NCBI RefSeq assembly: GCF_001194135.2
Contig: NC_068999.1
Location: forward strand, 1,404,563-1,468,562
Direction of reading: 5' to 3'
Source: Octopus bimaculoides
Taxonomy: Eukaryota
Length of the DNA: 64,000 nt
A program made the translations under genes and the position numbers. Positions 25,905 through 39,330 of the stretch are shown one piece after another. Position 1 is the first letter of the stretch. Each line of letters starts with the position of its first letter. Under the pieces are notes generated by a model that saw only the letters and a list, made by a program, of their open reading frames with translations, was not told where the DNA came from and made no database searches.

Positions 25905-28900
25905 TGAAAATATAGATATTATTAATGTTATCGAAATATACAGTAAATTAAATACATTTCCTTCATAAAGACGAAATGCAAGNNNNNNNNNNNNNNNNNN
26001 NNNNNNNNNNNNNNNNNNNNNNNNNNNNNNNNNNNNNNNNNNNNNNNNNNNNNNNNNNNNNNNNNNNNNNNNNNNNNNNNNNNNNNNNNNNNNNNNNNNN
26101 NNNNNNNNNNNNNNNNNNNNNNNNNNNNNNNNNNNNNNNNNNNNNNNNNNNNNNNNNNNNNNNNNNNNNNNNNNNNNNNNNNNNNNNNNNNNNNNNNNNN
26201 NNNNNNNNNNNNNNNNNNNNNNNNNNNNNNNNNNNNNNNNNNNNNNNNNNNNNNNNNNNNNNNNNNNNNNNNNNNNNNNNNNNNNNNNNNNNNNNNNNNN
26301 NNNNNNNNNNNNNNNNNNNNNNNNNNNNNNNNNNNNNNNNNNNNNNNNNNNNNNNNNNNNNNNNNNNNNNNNNNNNNNNNNNNNNNNNNNNNNNNNNNNN
26401 NNNNNNNNNNNNNNNNNNNNNNNNNNNNNNNNNNNNNNNNNNNNNNNNNNNNNNNNNNNNNNNNNNNNNNNNNNNNNNNNNNNNNNNNNNNNNNNNNNNN
26501 NNNNNNNNNNNNNNNNNNNNNNNNNNNNNNNNNNNNNNNNNNNNNNNNNNNNNNNNNNNNNNNNNNNNNNNNNNNNNNNNNNNNNNNNNNNNNNNNNNNN
26601 NNNNNNNNNNNNNNNNNNNNNNNNNNNNNNNNNNNNNNNNNNNNNNNNNNNNNNNNNNNNNNNNNNNNNNNNNNNNNNNNNNNNNNNNNNNNNNNNNNNN
26701 NNNNNNNNNNNNNNNNNNNNNNNNNNNNNNNNNNNNNNNNNNNNNNNNNNNNNNNNNNNNNNNNNNNNNNNNNNNNNNNNNNNNNNNNNNNNNNNNNNNN
26801 NNNNNNNNNNNNNNNNNNNNNNNNNNNNNNNNNNNNNNNNNNNNNNNNNNNNNNNNNNNNNNNNNNNNNNNNNNNNNNNNNNTATATTATCGCTCTTCCA
26901 ATGCATGTATCAAACTGAAAATGATGGATGAGGTTACGAAATAAATATTTAATTACTTTTGTATCATCGGGAGAGGACAGGTGGAATTAATATATCAGGA
27001 AAGATTTTGAAAAACGTCGCTTGCATCAGCAGCTCTGGTGTCAGTAGCAGTGAATCTTCATACACCAGTGACAAATAGTATCTGCTACTCTATGTATGCA
27101 TAATATGTTTGCTATAATCAGCTTCACCTTTTGTCTATATGGATTTTAGGCAACATTGTACACAGTCGGCAGATATATACCTTACCTTTGAATGATAGCT
27201 TTAAAACTACTACTAGACCTTAGGCGACTACAAAATATAAGAGATATTCAGTTTGTTTCCTTTTTTCTTTTAGGTTTTGCTCTCTTGTTGGTGGTTCTTC
27301 ATCTCTCATTAACTATTATGTCCTGATCCACTGTTGAGAAGTAACAAAACCGAACACAGCTGGAACTATAGGAAGAACCATTGCGTTGTTTACTTGATTC
27401 TATTAAATTTTTTTTTTTTTTTTTAGGTTATCTCTATAGGTTTTCTTTAGACTTCGTAGAATTCAAAGCCGGCAGTGAAATTTACGGCGTTTCGTATAAG
27501 GATAAATCTATGTCAACAATGAACTCGAAGATAAGAAAAATAGGTAATGAGTGTAGATGCATATTTCAGGAGCCATTGTTCTTTCGCCATCATCTCATCC
27601 GACCCAACAACTATCCTTCAACACATTGCCTGCATATGCACTACGTTTAACGGTGTAACAGAACTGGGAAGACTAATTTACATATCAAACATATTCCTGA
27701 CAATTGGCAAGTACCAGTTACTAACAAGGCCACAGTATTTCGTTTTGCAACCATAGTATACGACCTAGTATTTGAATATTTTGCAAGTCAATGTTGTGGC
27801 TTACCTTTCTGTTAGTAATTGCGATGTTATCAACCCAAGTTTTATATCTTTATTTTACTTTCAATAGCATTGCTTACATAGATATATCGTATACGAAACA
27901 GCTGCTGCAATTATTATTAACTGGTAATGGAACAGTAGATGCGTATTTTTATATATACCTAGAACTTTGCCACCTCGTTGTTTCTTTTTCAAGAGTTTCG
28001 CCCCCAGAACTCACATGCATATAATCAAGCATGACAGTCGTCACATATGTATATGGATGTCTAGATGTGTGTGTGTGTGTATTTAATAACGTATGTAATT
28101 CAGAAACACACACACTCACAAACACATACATACTCATACACTCACAGACCGATATATACTCATATACAAACGCACACATACACACACACACACACATGCA
28201 CACACACGTACACACACAATCACATATATACATATATAGACATTTTCAAAGAGCTTTGATGAATAAATTCAATTCCTTTTAAGACAACATATTATTTTGC
28301 ACAAATGTGAGCACTTATTCTTTCTATTGAAATTATAAGATTAATGAGCTGGTAGGATCGGTAGACAGAGGGATAACTTCGATCTTCGCAATATTTGTAG
28401 AATTTGAACGATAAATATTTGTAGATAACTTGGTAAATAAATTCGTTTTGGGATATATGTTCAACCTTAGATAAACAGTTAAGACAAATACTTTTTATGA
28501 AACATATAAATAATAAAAATATATTTTCCAGATTTATCTTTGGCATTTTTCTCAACCTCCTGTGGAATGTCAATGGTAAAGTTAAAGTAAGCTTCCTTTG
28601 GACACCGGATATCGTCTGCATTGATATCGACGGATGTTGTCTGCACTAACTACAATGGATATCGGTTATTTTGCCTAAATAACTATTCACCGTGGCTAAA
28701 GTTATTATGTATTCACCAGACATAATGAAACAGAATTCTGTTTAAACGTATACATTATATATTATAAAAGCGAATCTAAGATTTCGCACACGTGTATGTT
28801 AAAAGGAAATTGCCAGCGTTTAAACAATTGACACACGTTATATTACATCAAGGGATTTCAGAAACAGGAAATACATACGTGTATGTATGCAGATGTATAA

Positions 28901-28960
28901 ATACACAAACACTACACATGCACGCACGCACACACACACAAACGCACGCACGCACGCACA

Positions 28961-29039
<79 letters not shown>

Positions 29040-29487
29040 GTATAAGCTACAAATGATCACGTTATCTGGGGCTACAAAGTCTGCAAGACCATATTAAGAT
29101 TTAAAGAATGACGGCTAATTCGTAATTTCCTTCGTAAACTTGCTCCCAAATCAGTTTAAATTTACTCTAATTTAAGACAAAGAGAAGACATACATACATA
29201 CATACATACATATATACATACATACATACATACATACATACGTACATATATACGTATATTGTAACACAATATGCACACAAATATCAACGCAAAGAATACT
29301 GTTGGAAGATTCTCATCAAAACGTCTGGCACGTGTAACCACATCAAGACGGATTCTGTTATTTGGGATGGAGAAAAATGTGTCTGTACCTTGACAGAGGT
29401 CAGCTGATACGCTGATATGAATATCTCTTAGAAATGAAATGGAAAGAGGATGACTTTGGACAACTGCTTCGAAATCTCCAGATTATA

Positions 29488-29720
29488 CAGCGTGGTCCAA
29501 AACTAGGTTTACAGTTATCACGTACGCATTTTAAGTTCTTTTAGAGCCTTTTATTACATTTAAATTTCTCTCTTGCAAACTGAAAAGGGAGCTTCACAAA
29601 TTAACTAAATTAGTAAAGAATAATTTGTTTCTTATATTTTATAATTAAGATCTAAACTGTTAATATATGAATGGGAAAGATATAGTTGAATAACTGTAAA
29701 CCTACTTCTGGGCCACCCTG
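29488..29720. mobile_element. 233-bp non-autonomous Tc1/mariner-superfamily MITE with 31-bp TIRs and TA target-site duplication
   Basis: Left TIR 29488-29518 is CAGCGTGGTCCAAAACTAGGTTTACAGTTAT. Right TIR 29690-29720, reverse-complemented, is CAGGGTGGCCCAGAAGTAGGTTTACAGTTAT (27/31 identical). TA lies at 29486-87 and 29721-22. The interior is AT-rich and non-coding. Confidence 0.9.
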
Positions 29721-30549
29721 TATATGAAGATTATAAATTTAAACTTATACCAATAATAATTGCTGCAATTGGTCTGACTAAATACTTAACGGATTGTTTG
29801 GATAAGCTAGGATTATCAGAAAAGAAATCGACCAACTCCATCCACAAAAGAAGAATTTAATAAATTAAAAACAAAATACATACACAAACACACAGACACA
29901 CACACACACAGGCACGCACACACACACAGGCACACAAACACAGAGGCACACACACGAACACACGCTCCCATGCACAGAGACACACACACATAGATATATA
30001 CATATACACACACTCTCTCTCTCCCTCTTTCCTTCTCACACACACATATATACATACATACATACATACATACATACATTGTTTCGGTGAGTATATAGAA
30101 TATTTTACGCATTACCTCTACATTTTAAGCATTAGTTCTGTATTGTAGGAAAAATGAGAAATAAATACGCTAGATCTAATATTCTTCCATTGTGAAGAAC
30201 TGAGTAGAGAGATCTTCATAGTTCACGTTGGAGAATACTTTGTGAATGAATTGTATTTCCTCGCCATTTTATCGATATTTTTCTCGAAACTGCCAATATG
30301 TATTCCATTCGTTCATTTTTCAATTTCCTGAAGTATATGGACTTTATGCAATTCTTCATTGTTACCGCAGATGGAATGGTTTACAAATGATGTAAAGGCA
30401 CCGTCATTTGATTCATTCTACAATCATTCTCAGTTCCACTGGCAGCTAGACTTGCCTCTATATGCTGCTTTTTTTTGGTTATATTCTTGCAATTATATAT
30501 TATACATTACGAAAACAGCGAAGGAACCTTTATGTAGTAAATCGATTTA

Positions 30550-30765
30550 GTGTAGATAGCAGCCAAATGAACTTTAAATCCCGTCCAACCTTCGCTGTAA
30601 TCACTGAATGTGTGGAAGGAAGTTTGATGTCAGTCAGAGAGTCATTATGTCTGGAGTAGGAACGAAATAGGATGGTCACGGTTAGAACGTCTTCGGAACG
30701 ACGACACATGACCAAAGATCAGAGGTCGTTCAGTCAGCGCTGACCATACTGGAACTTCACAACCG
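30550..30765 (+). mobile_element. Degenerate family F module
   Basis: TAGATAGCAGCCAAATG (30553) and GGATGGTCACGGTTAGAACGTCTT (30670) in the same order as in the other copies. Confidence 0.5.
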
Positions 30766-30794
30766 AAAAGAAGAGAAAAGAGAAAACTCTCAAC

Positions 30795-30806
30795 TACCAC
30801 TACTAT

Positions 30807-30842
<36 letters not shown>

Positions 30843-30846
30843 CACC

Positions 30847-30887
<41 letters not shown>
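30795..30887. repeat. (TAC)n/(CAC)n trinucleotide microsatellite running into a gap
   Basis: Direct reading. The gap is 30888-31083. Confidence 0.95.
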
Positions 30888-31543
30888 NNNNNNNNNNNNN
30901 NNNNNNNNNNNNNNNNNNNNNNNNNNNNNNNNNNNNNNNNNNNNNNNNNNNNNNNNNNNNNNNNNNNNNNNNNNNNNNNNNNNNNNNNNNNNNNNNNNNN
31001 NNNNNNNNNNNNNNNNNNNNNNNNNNNNNNNNNNNNNNNNNNNNNNNNNNNNNNNNNNNNNNNNNNNNNNNNNNNNNNNNNNNCCGGCAACGCAATGGTA
31101 ACTGTTACGGAATGACATCTTGCTAGACGTTTGCGTTCGTCTGTTTGAGTGTTTGGTTTCGCGCCTGCCCCTCAGACTACCAGTCGTTCCTTAATCCTTT
31201 CAGTTTTAGTGCTCATGTACTTCGCAGAACACACCCGCCGTACTGTGCCACAGTGTTGTCCTCACCCGACGTCACATCCCTGCAGGACGAACGCATGCCA
31301 TTTCCTCTGGGTGACGTTATTCAGTTTCCTGGTAACTGCGACGTGTTTTCATCTCCGTCTTTGTGGCCAACATTCCTAAAGAACCTAGCCAGCCCTTCTC
31401 GGGAAGGTGACACAGTGGGATTGGAAAGCAGAACATGTCGAGCCACAAATATTGTGGCATGTATTTGATTTTTTTCCGAAACTCTATTGACTGGACTGGC
31501 TCACCAGTTTGATGTTATATAATAATAGGAAGAAGGGGAATAC

Positions 31544-31594
31544 TGAATGAGAAGCAATAATGAATGAGAAGCAATAATGAATGAGAAGCAATAC
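31544..31594. repeat. 17-bp tandem repeat TGAATGAGAAGCAATAA x3
   Basis: Units at 31544, 31561 and 31578. Confidence 0.9.
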
Positions 31595-31715
31595 TGAAAG
31601 TGGCATGAATGAATGTAGATATGAAAGAGGGAGAGAAGGAATTTAGTTATGAAGAATGATCGTTTTGAATGAAAGAAGGATAGACAGACAGACTGCCGGA
31701 TAAATGGATAAATGA

Positions 31716-31717
<2 letters not shown>

Positions 31718-31775
<58 letters not shown>
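31718..31775. repeat. (GATA)n microsatellite
   Basis: Direct reading. Confidence 0.95.
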
Positions 31776-31776
<1 letters not shown>

Positions 31777-32329
31777 AACAATAAACGATGAAAAGAAACA
31801 CTGAATTGAATAAATGGAGAAAGAATGAACGAGGGAAGGAAAGTAAGGAGGAAACAAAGAAAGAAAGAAAAAGAAGAAAGAAAAATAAGAAAGAAAAGAA
31901 GAAAGAAAGACAGGAAGAAAGAAACGAAGAAAAACTGCGTGAAAGAAAATTGAAAGCAACAAACACAAACTGCAAAAATAAACAAAAAGACAGAAAGAAA
32001 ATAGAATTAAAAGAAAAATTAATTTCATGAAATGAAGAATGATACGGATATGAAGTAATTGAAGAAAAATCGAAAAAATAAACTTAAAAATAAAGTCGCA
32101 AAATAAACAAGATGAAAATAAAGAAAAAACAAATCAAAACGTTTCCGAATGGATATGTAAATTAAAGAGACACGTGATAGCACACGCTTTGTTTTCATGT
32201 TTCTGTGTATGTGTGAATAGGGAGGGGACTGGAGCTGTACCTGAATGTATACGCGTGAGTGTGTGTATATAAATGTGTCACTTTACCACTACTTTTGTTG
32301 GTGTTATGTATGATACACACTCCATATGC

Positions 32330-32441
32330 ATACATACATACATGCGTATATATAGACATACATACATATATATATATATGTGTGTGTGTGTGTATCTATG
32401 TATATATATATACGTAAAAGTAGATATATACAAGTGTGTGC

Positions 32442-32508
<67 letters not shown>

Positions 32509-32524
32509 TATATATATGTATGTA

Positions 32525-32583
<59 letters not shown>

Positions 32584-32723
32584 ATGTATATGTATATATA
32601 CATAAAAAAGTAGATAAATAGACACACACACTCACATATATATACATAGATATATGTTTATATATACATATATATATGCATATATATACATATATGCACA
32701 CACACACATGCATATACATACAT
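32330..32723. repeat. Alternating (TA)/(TG)/(CA) compound microsatellite
   Basis: Direct reading. Confidence 0.95.
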
Positions 32724-32782
32724 AAGGCGATGCTCCAGCATGGCAGCAGTCACATGACTAAGACAAGTAAAAGAATAAACAA
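32724..32782 (+). mobile_element. Isolated family B 3' terminal tail
   Basis: AAGGCGATGCTCCAGCATGGCAGCAGTCACATGACTAAGACAAGTAAAAGAATA matches the tails at 42660-42683 and, reversed, at 59405-59450 and 51180-51219. Confidence 0.8.
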
Positions 32783-33072
32783 AAATAAGCATGTATATAT
32801 ATATATTGGCCTATATGGCCTGCATAGTATGTGTTTAATAAAGATTGCTGTGTCTTGTCAGTTGCCGAAAGAGAGTTATGTCTCTTTAATTATGAACATT
32901 CCCGCTTTATGTGAAAAAAAAGAGAAAATAAGGTAAATATAATAAACCTTCACTCTGCTGAAATGATATAGATTCACATCAAAATCTATAGGAGACGGGG
33001 AGGGAAATGTTGCGAGATATGTCACGACTGAGTTGTAGTTGGAAAAAGAAGGAAATTAGGGAATTTAGTAAT

Positions 33073-33113
33073 ACTACAACTACCACCAGTACTACTACTA
33101 CTACTACTACTAC

Positions 33114-33195
<82 letters not shown>

Positions 33196-33313
33196 AAGAA
33201 GAAGAAGAAGAAGAAGAAGAAGAAGAAGAAGAAGAAGAAGAAGAAGAAAAAGAAGAAGAAGAAGAAGAAGAAGATTGATCCTGAAAATATGATAAAAATG
33301 ACAACAACCAATG

Positions 33314-33378
<65 letters not shown>
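33073..33378. repeat. Compound in-phase trinucleotide array (ACT)n-(AAT)n-(AAG)n, then a second (AAT)n
   Basis: Direct reading. It gives the poly-T/N/K, poly-F/L and poly-S/Y ORFs. Confidence 0.95.
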
Positions 33379-33381
<3 letters not shown>

Positions 33382-34002
33382 CCTTTCGACTACCAGTATG
33401 CGGACTGAAATGCTACGCGGTGGGAGTAGATGGGAGACGCAGTCTCCTGTTTACCACAAGGACCATATAACAGATAGAAAAGTGAAAAAAGTGAATTTTT
33501 AGTATCAACAACAACAACAAGAACGACAGCAACAGGCGCAATGTTAACAACAATGACAGACCTGAAGATGATGTATTTTATAAAAGGTGAAATATCATGA
33601 GTTGAGATAGTAAATGGAAAGGAATGATATCTTTATTCTGAGATTTTTATCATCACAAAATGGCTGACAATAGAAGCGAGTTGATGCCATAAGCGGAAAG
33701 GTTGTAGAGGTGTCATATTTGTATGAGGAGTTACGAATGAAAGAGCAGTGAACAAATATCAAACAAATGTCATGTGTCTGTGAATGAGTGCGTGTATGGG
33801 TAAGTTTGTGGGTATGTGTGTATATGTGTGTTGCGCATGTAAGTCTGCGAGTGTGCATGAGACATTAGGATGTCTTCATTCTCGTGTTGTTTTCTACTGA
33901 GAACTTCTTTCTCTATTCCCTCTTTCAATTTCTTTTATTCTCCTTCATTTTTTCCTTCACTCACAATAGCTTCTTTCTCTCTTCTCTTCTTTCCTTTCAT
34001 TC

Positions 34003-34054
<52 letters not shown>

Positions 34055-34254
34055 TTCTTTCTTTGTCTCTCTCTCTCTCTCTATCTTTCTTTCTTTCTTT
34101 GTCTCTCTCTCTCTCTCCCTCTCTCTCTCTCTTACTTTTTCTTTTTTTACGTTTCACATCTTTTCGTAAGGTCTTCTCATCCATTTACACAGAGAAATAA
34201 CAACAATAACAGAAAATCAACAAAAGAATACCCAAAAAAAAACCGTGATGGTGA

Positions 34255-34636
<382 letters not shown>

Positions 34637-35589
34637 GAAGACGACAACAGCAACAATAACGTCATGAAGTCCTCGAAACAGCATTTGTAGCAATAATCAG
34701 TCTTCGCGTGCATTGGTTTCTGGGTTTGTGTATGTACTGTGTAGATAGGTGTGTAGATATATGTTTGATTGTATGCCACCGCATGTATTCACCAATGTAT
34801 GAGTGTGTGTGGATGTGTGGATGTGTGTGTGCGTTTGTTTGTGTGTGTGTACGTATGTATATATATATATATACACATATATATATATGTGTGTGTGTAT
34901 GTATGTATGTATGTATGTATACATATCCTTATATGTACATTCGAGCCTTAACATAGATGTGTATACTTATAAGTGTACACACTTGTGTCTGGTGTTGTGT
35001 ATGTATGTATGCATGTATGTATGAATATATGTGTGTGTTTGTATTTGTATGCGTTAGTGCGGATATCAGCATGTTTGTGTATTTATTTGTACTTGCTTTG
35101 TTTGTCTGTTCCTCTCCGTGCATGTGTGTATATGTGAATGCACATAACTGTACACTTGCGTGTGCACATATGCAGATGTGTCCGCATGCATCTGAGAGTG
35201 TGTCAGATTCTGTGTGTGTCTGTTTGTGTGGAACTGCGTGAGTTCTTTTATGCAAGTTCATGAAATGTTTCATTTTTTTACGCGATTCTGTTTTAATAAT
35301 TTTTTTTCTTCTTCTGGATCAATTCTTTTGAAAACTCCAAGACAGTTTTGGTTGGTTCCTTGCATAGGTACCCATGAGAACATATCAACCAGATGAATGC
35401 AATAACCTCAGAATGCATCCATGTCTTCATGATTTCCAAACCATACTGATCTGTTTCTTTGTGTTAAAATTAATGGTGTAGTACTTTTGTGAAAAATAAA
35501 TGGATATAAATGTCAGGTTTTAATTCTCAACAACACTGCAAAATATGTGCAACCCTGCGGAGAGTTGCACAAAAGTTAAGAGCTTACAT

Positions 35590-35673
35590 TATTACTACCA
35601 TCATCATCATTGTCGTTGTTGTTGTTGTTGTTCTTGTTGCTGCTGTCTTTGTTGCTGATGTTATGGTAATTCC

Positions 35674-35764
<91 letters not shown>

Positions 35765-35775
35765 TGTAGTAGTAG
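35590..35775. repeat. Compound trinucleotide array (CAT)-(GTT)-(ATT)-(AGT)
   Basis: Direct reading. Confidence 0.9.
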
Positions 35776-35964
35776 AGAGAGAAACCTATGCAGAAATGTA
35801 TACTTTATGCACTTGCGTAGCTTGTTGCACCTTTACTTATGTAACGTTGTTTTAGCTCAGTCTAAATAAATCTTCCACTCTCTGTCGATTTCTCTTGTTC
35901 TCTATAATCAAACATATATAAACACGCACACACACACAAAAACAAGTCGACATAAATTCGCACA

Positions 35965-36215
35965 TCTACGGCCTAGTGAGTAGTGCGTTCCATTCACGTC
36001 GCGAGATTAATGTTTCGTTTCCCGGATCGGGTGGTATGCTATGATTTTGAGCAAGATATTTCATCTCACATAACTCTCCGTCCACTTCGACGTCTGTCGT
36101 GTGGCACACCACGCACATGTCCAAGTAATGTCGATTTGATACAGGGAACGAACCAGTGAGCCGCCCACACATTTGATCGCTGTACACATGTATGTGTAGG
36201 TCGTTGAGGCCAGGC
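35965..36215 (+). mobile_element. Family E tRNA-derived SINE
   Basis: A-box-like CGGCCTAGTGAGTAG and B-box-like GTTTCGTTTCCCGG, then TGATTTTGAGCAAGATATTTCATCTCAC (CORE-like). The head matches the reverse complement of 59290-59347. Confidence 0.7.
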
Positions 36216-36314
36216 CACAATGTGTCTACGTATATAATTACGTATATATATGTGCGTGTGTATATGTGTGTGTACGCATATGTATAACATATTTATGTGT
36301 GTATATATTCATAA

Positions 36315-36360
<46 letters not shown>

Positions 36361-37264
36361 NNNNNNNNNNNNNNNNNNNNNNNNNNNNNNNNNNNNNNNN
36401 NNNNNNNNNNNNNNNNNNNNNNNNNNNNNNNNNNNNNNNNNNNNNNNNNNNNNNNNNNNNNNNNNNNNNNNNNNNNNNNNNNNNNNNNNNNNNNNNNNNN
36501 NNNNNNNNNNNNNNNNNNNNNNNNNNNNNNNNNNNNNNNNNNNNNNNNNNNNNNNNNNNNNNNNNNNNNNNNNNNNNNNNNNNNNNNNNNNNNNNNNNNN
36601 NNNNNNNNNNNNNNNNNNNNNNNNNNNNNNNNNNNNNNNNNNTGTGTGTGTGTGTACACACACAATTTAATGCACACAGCCAGATATATGCTAGTGCAGT
36701 TGAGAGTTGAGAAAATACAAATCAATAAAAAAAAAGTGAAAACGAAAACAAAAATTAAAATAGGGTGAAAGGAAAATGGTGTAACAAGTCAAAACTTTCT
36801 TCACCAGACATTTTTTATGACAAATACTTCTGTTCTTTTCCTTAGTTGCACAAACTTTTACTAAGATCTTGGAAGATATTTTCCCTAATGACCAAATGCA
36901 AAACATTTTCTTCTTGTTAAACTTACCTACAAAATGCGTTGTTTTTAACGTTCATGTCATTACTGAACTTATAGAAGAAGATTTCAACTTAATTAATTTT
37001 TTCAAATATCTCTCTAGTATTCTTTGTTAGTGCTTTAATGTTTCCATCTCCGGTAGAAAAAGATACTGACCAAAAATGTGATGCTAGAAAATACATCGCC
37101 AATACATTTGAAACTATGGAAACTGATTTTAAGTTTAAAATGTACTGAAACAATGAAAGAAACGAAAATAAAAGCGATGCACGTGAAAACACAATCACTA
37201 TACCAAATGCAAAAGTAAAAAAAATTACGATATTAATATAATATTCGATATCAATATCAGCGAC

Positions 37265-37299
<35 letters not shown>

Positions 37300-37684
37300 A
37301 ACACACACACACGCATAGATATGTACAAAATATAAAACGGATTGGCTGATATTATTCAGAATACTTTCACCAATATACTACGAGAGCAAAGATGTGACGA
37401 AACAGTAGAAGTGTTTTCTAAATAATGAATTCACTTCAACTCATTTTCCGCTGGTTATATATTTACATAAACTCTTCGGATATTCTGGAATTCTTGATGT
37501 GCATCAAGTAGCAAGAACATTCTTGTTGTATGAGCCGATAACTGCAGACGTGCTTTGCATAGCGTACAACAAGGTTTTTAGCAAATCTCGTGTGCATGTT
37601 TATCATAAATGTGTGTGTGTGTGCTTGTTTATTACTTTCTTATAATCATAGATATGTATATGTATGTATATAAATATGTATATG

Positions 37685-37720
<36 letters not shown>

Positions 37721-38435
37721 NNNNNNNNNNNNNNNNNNNNNNNNNNNNNNNNNNNNNNNNNNNNNNNNNNNNNNNNNNNNNNNNNNNNNNNNNNNNNNNN
37801 NNNNNNNNNNNNNNNNNNNNNNNNNNNNNNNNNNNNNNNNNNNNNNNNNNNNNNNNNNNNNNNNNNNNNNNNNNNNNNNNNNNNNNNNNNNNNNNNNNNN
37901 NNNNNNNNNNNNNNNNNNNNNNNNNNNNNNNNNNNNNNNNNNNNNNNNNNNNNNNNNNNNNNNNNNNNNNNNNNNNNNNNNNNNNNNNNNNNNNNNNNNN
38001 NNNNNNNNNNNNNNNNNNNNNNNNNNNNNNNNNNNNNNNNNNNNNNNNNNNNNNNNNNNNNNNNNNNNNNNNNNNNNNNNNNNNNNNNNNNNNNNNNNNN
38101 NNNNNNNNNNNNNNNNNNNNNNNNNNNNNNNNNNNNNNNNNNNNNNNNNNNNNNNNNNNNNNNNNNNNNNNNNNNNNNNNNNNNNNNNNNNNNNNNNNNN
38201 NNNNNNNNNNNNNNNNNNNNNNNNNNNNNNNNNNNNNNNNNNNNNNNNNNNNNNNNNNNNNNNNNNNNNNNNNNNNNNNNNNNNNNNNNNNNNNNNNNNN
38301 NNNNNNNNNNNNNNNNNNNNNNNNNNNNNNNNNNNNNNNNNNNNNNNGTAAATAGCAGGAAATGCCTAAATGGTGACGTGTATTGAGGAGACACGATTTA
38401 TTTTTATTAAAATGAAAACAACAAATAAACATCAT

Positions 38436-38439
<4 letters not shown>

Positions 38440-38470
<31 letters not shown>

Positions 38471-38472
38471 TG

Positions 38473-38563
<91 letters not shown>

Positions 38564-38592
38564 CAACAACCACAACAACAGCAGCAACAACA
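38440..38592. repeat. (AAT)n-(AAC)n microsatellite
   Basis: Direct reading. Confidence 0.95.
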
Positions 38593-38869
38593 AAAATATT
38601 AATAGTTGTATAAGAAGCAACTACTATATTTAATTTCATTATCAACCAAATATTTCTTCATATTAATTTCAGAACACGTTCGAATGGAATTGTCTGTCAA
38701 TTCGAAGCTGCATCAAAATATGAAATTGCCAGACATTTCAACAGTCTTCTCTCCAGATTGAAATTTACCCTTCATTAATCCAATATCGTTTCATTTTTGT
38801 TCTCTCACAATGTTGTTGTTGACGGGATTTAGGGATTTTCTTTTCTTTTCTTTTTTCTTATTATCTTTT

Positions 38870-39092
38870 ATCGTTCATCCTTCGAATGCAGACATGCTGG
38901 AGCACATTACTGAAATGCTTAGTCGAACAAATCTTCCCTAGTACGTATTTTTTTAATTATTACTATTCTTATTTATTTTTTTAAAATTATATTTCTTGTG
39001 TTCTTATGTCTGTTACTTAACTTACCCGGCTCTTTTACTGGACCGCTGAACAACCGTCACTTAAAGTAACACCGTTTGTCAAGGAATGCTAG
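38870..39092 (-). mobile_element. Degenerate family B 3' module
   Basis: CATGCTGGAGCAC...CTTAGTCGAACAAAT and CTCTTTTACTGGACCGCTGA...ACACCGTTTGTCAAG match 59430-59570 in the same orientation. Confidence 0.7.
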
Positions 39093-39214
39093 AGAGACAA
39101 GTACAATTACAACACAAATTTATACACCCTCCTACCCACCCACTCACACATACACACACACATACATTCGCCATGGCATACATGTTTTGTAATGTACTAC
39201 TGGGCTACTTCAAA

Positions 39215-39330
39215 TATTCTTTTCTACTCTAGGTTCAAGGCCAGAATTTTTTGGGGGAAGGGGCCGGTCAATTAAATCAACCCCTGTACGAAAGGACGAA
39301 AGGCAAATTCGACCTCGGCAGAATTTAAAA
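39215..39330 (-). mobile_element. Family A SINE fragment (GCCTTG tail type) with internal deletion
   Basis: AAGGCCAGAATTTTTTGGGGGAAGGGG...ACGAAAGGACGAAAGGCAAATTCGACCTCGGCAGAATTT. Confidence 0.75.

Noticed and set aside
27255-27720. Several strong plus-strand acceptors (27272, 27426, about 27570) followed by short open frames
   Set aside because: The frames I translated close quickly, and no convincing donor or recognisable peptide follows. T-rich DNA yields such sites by chance.
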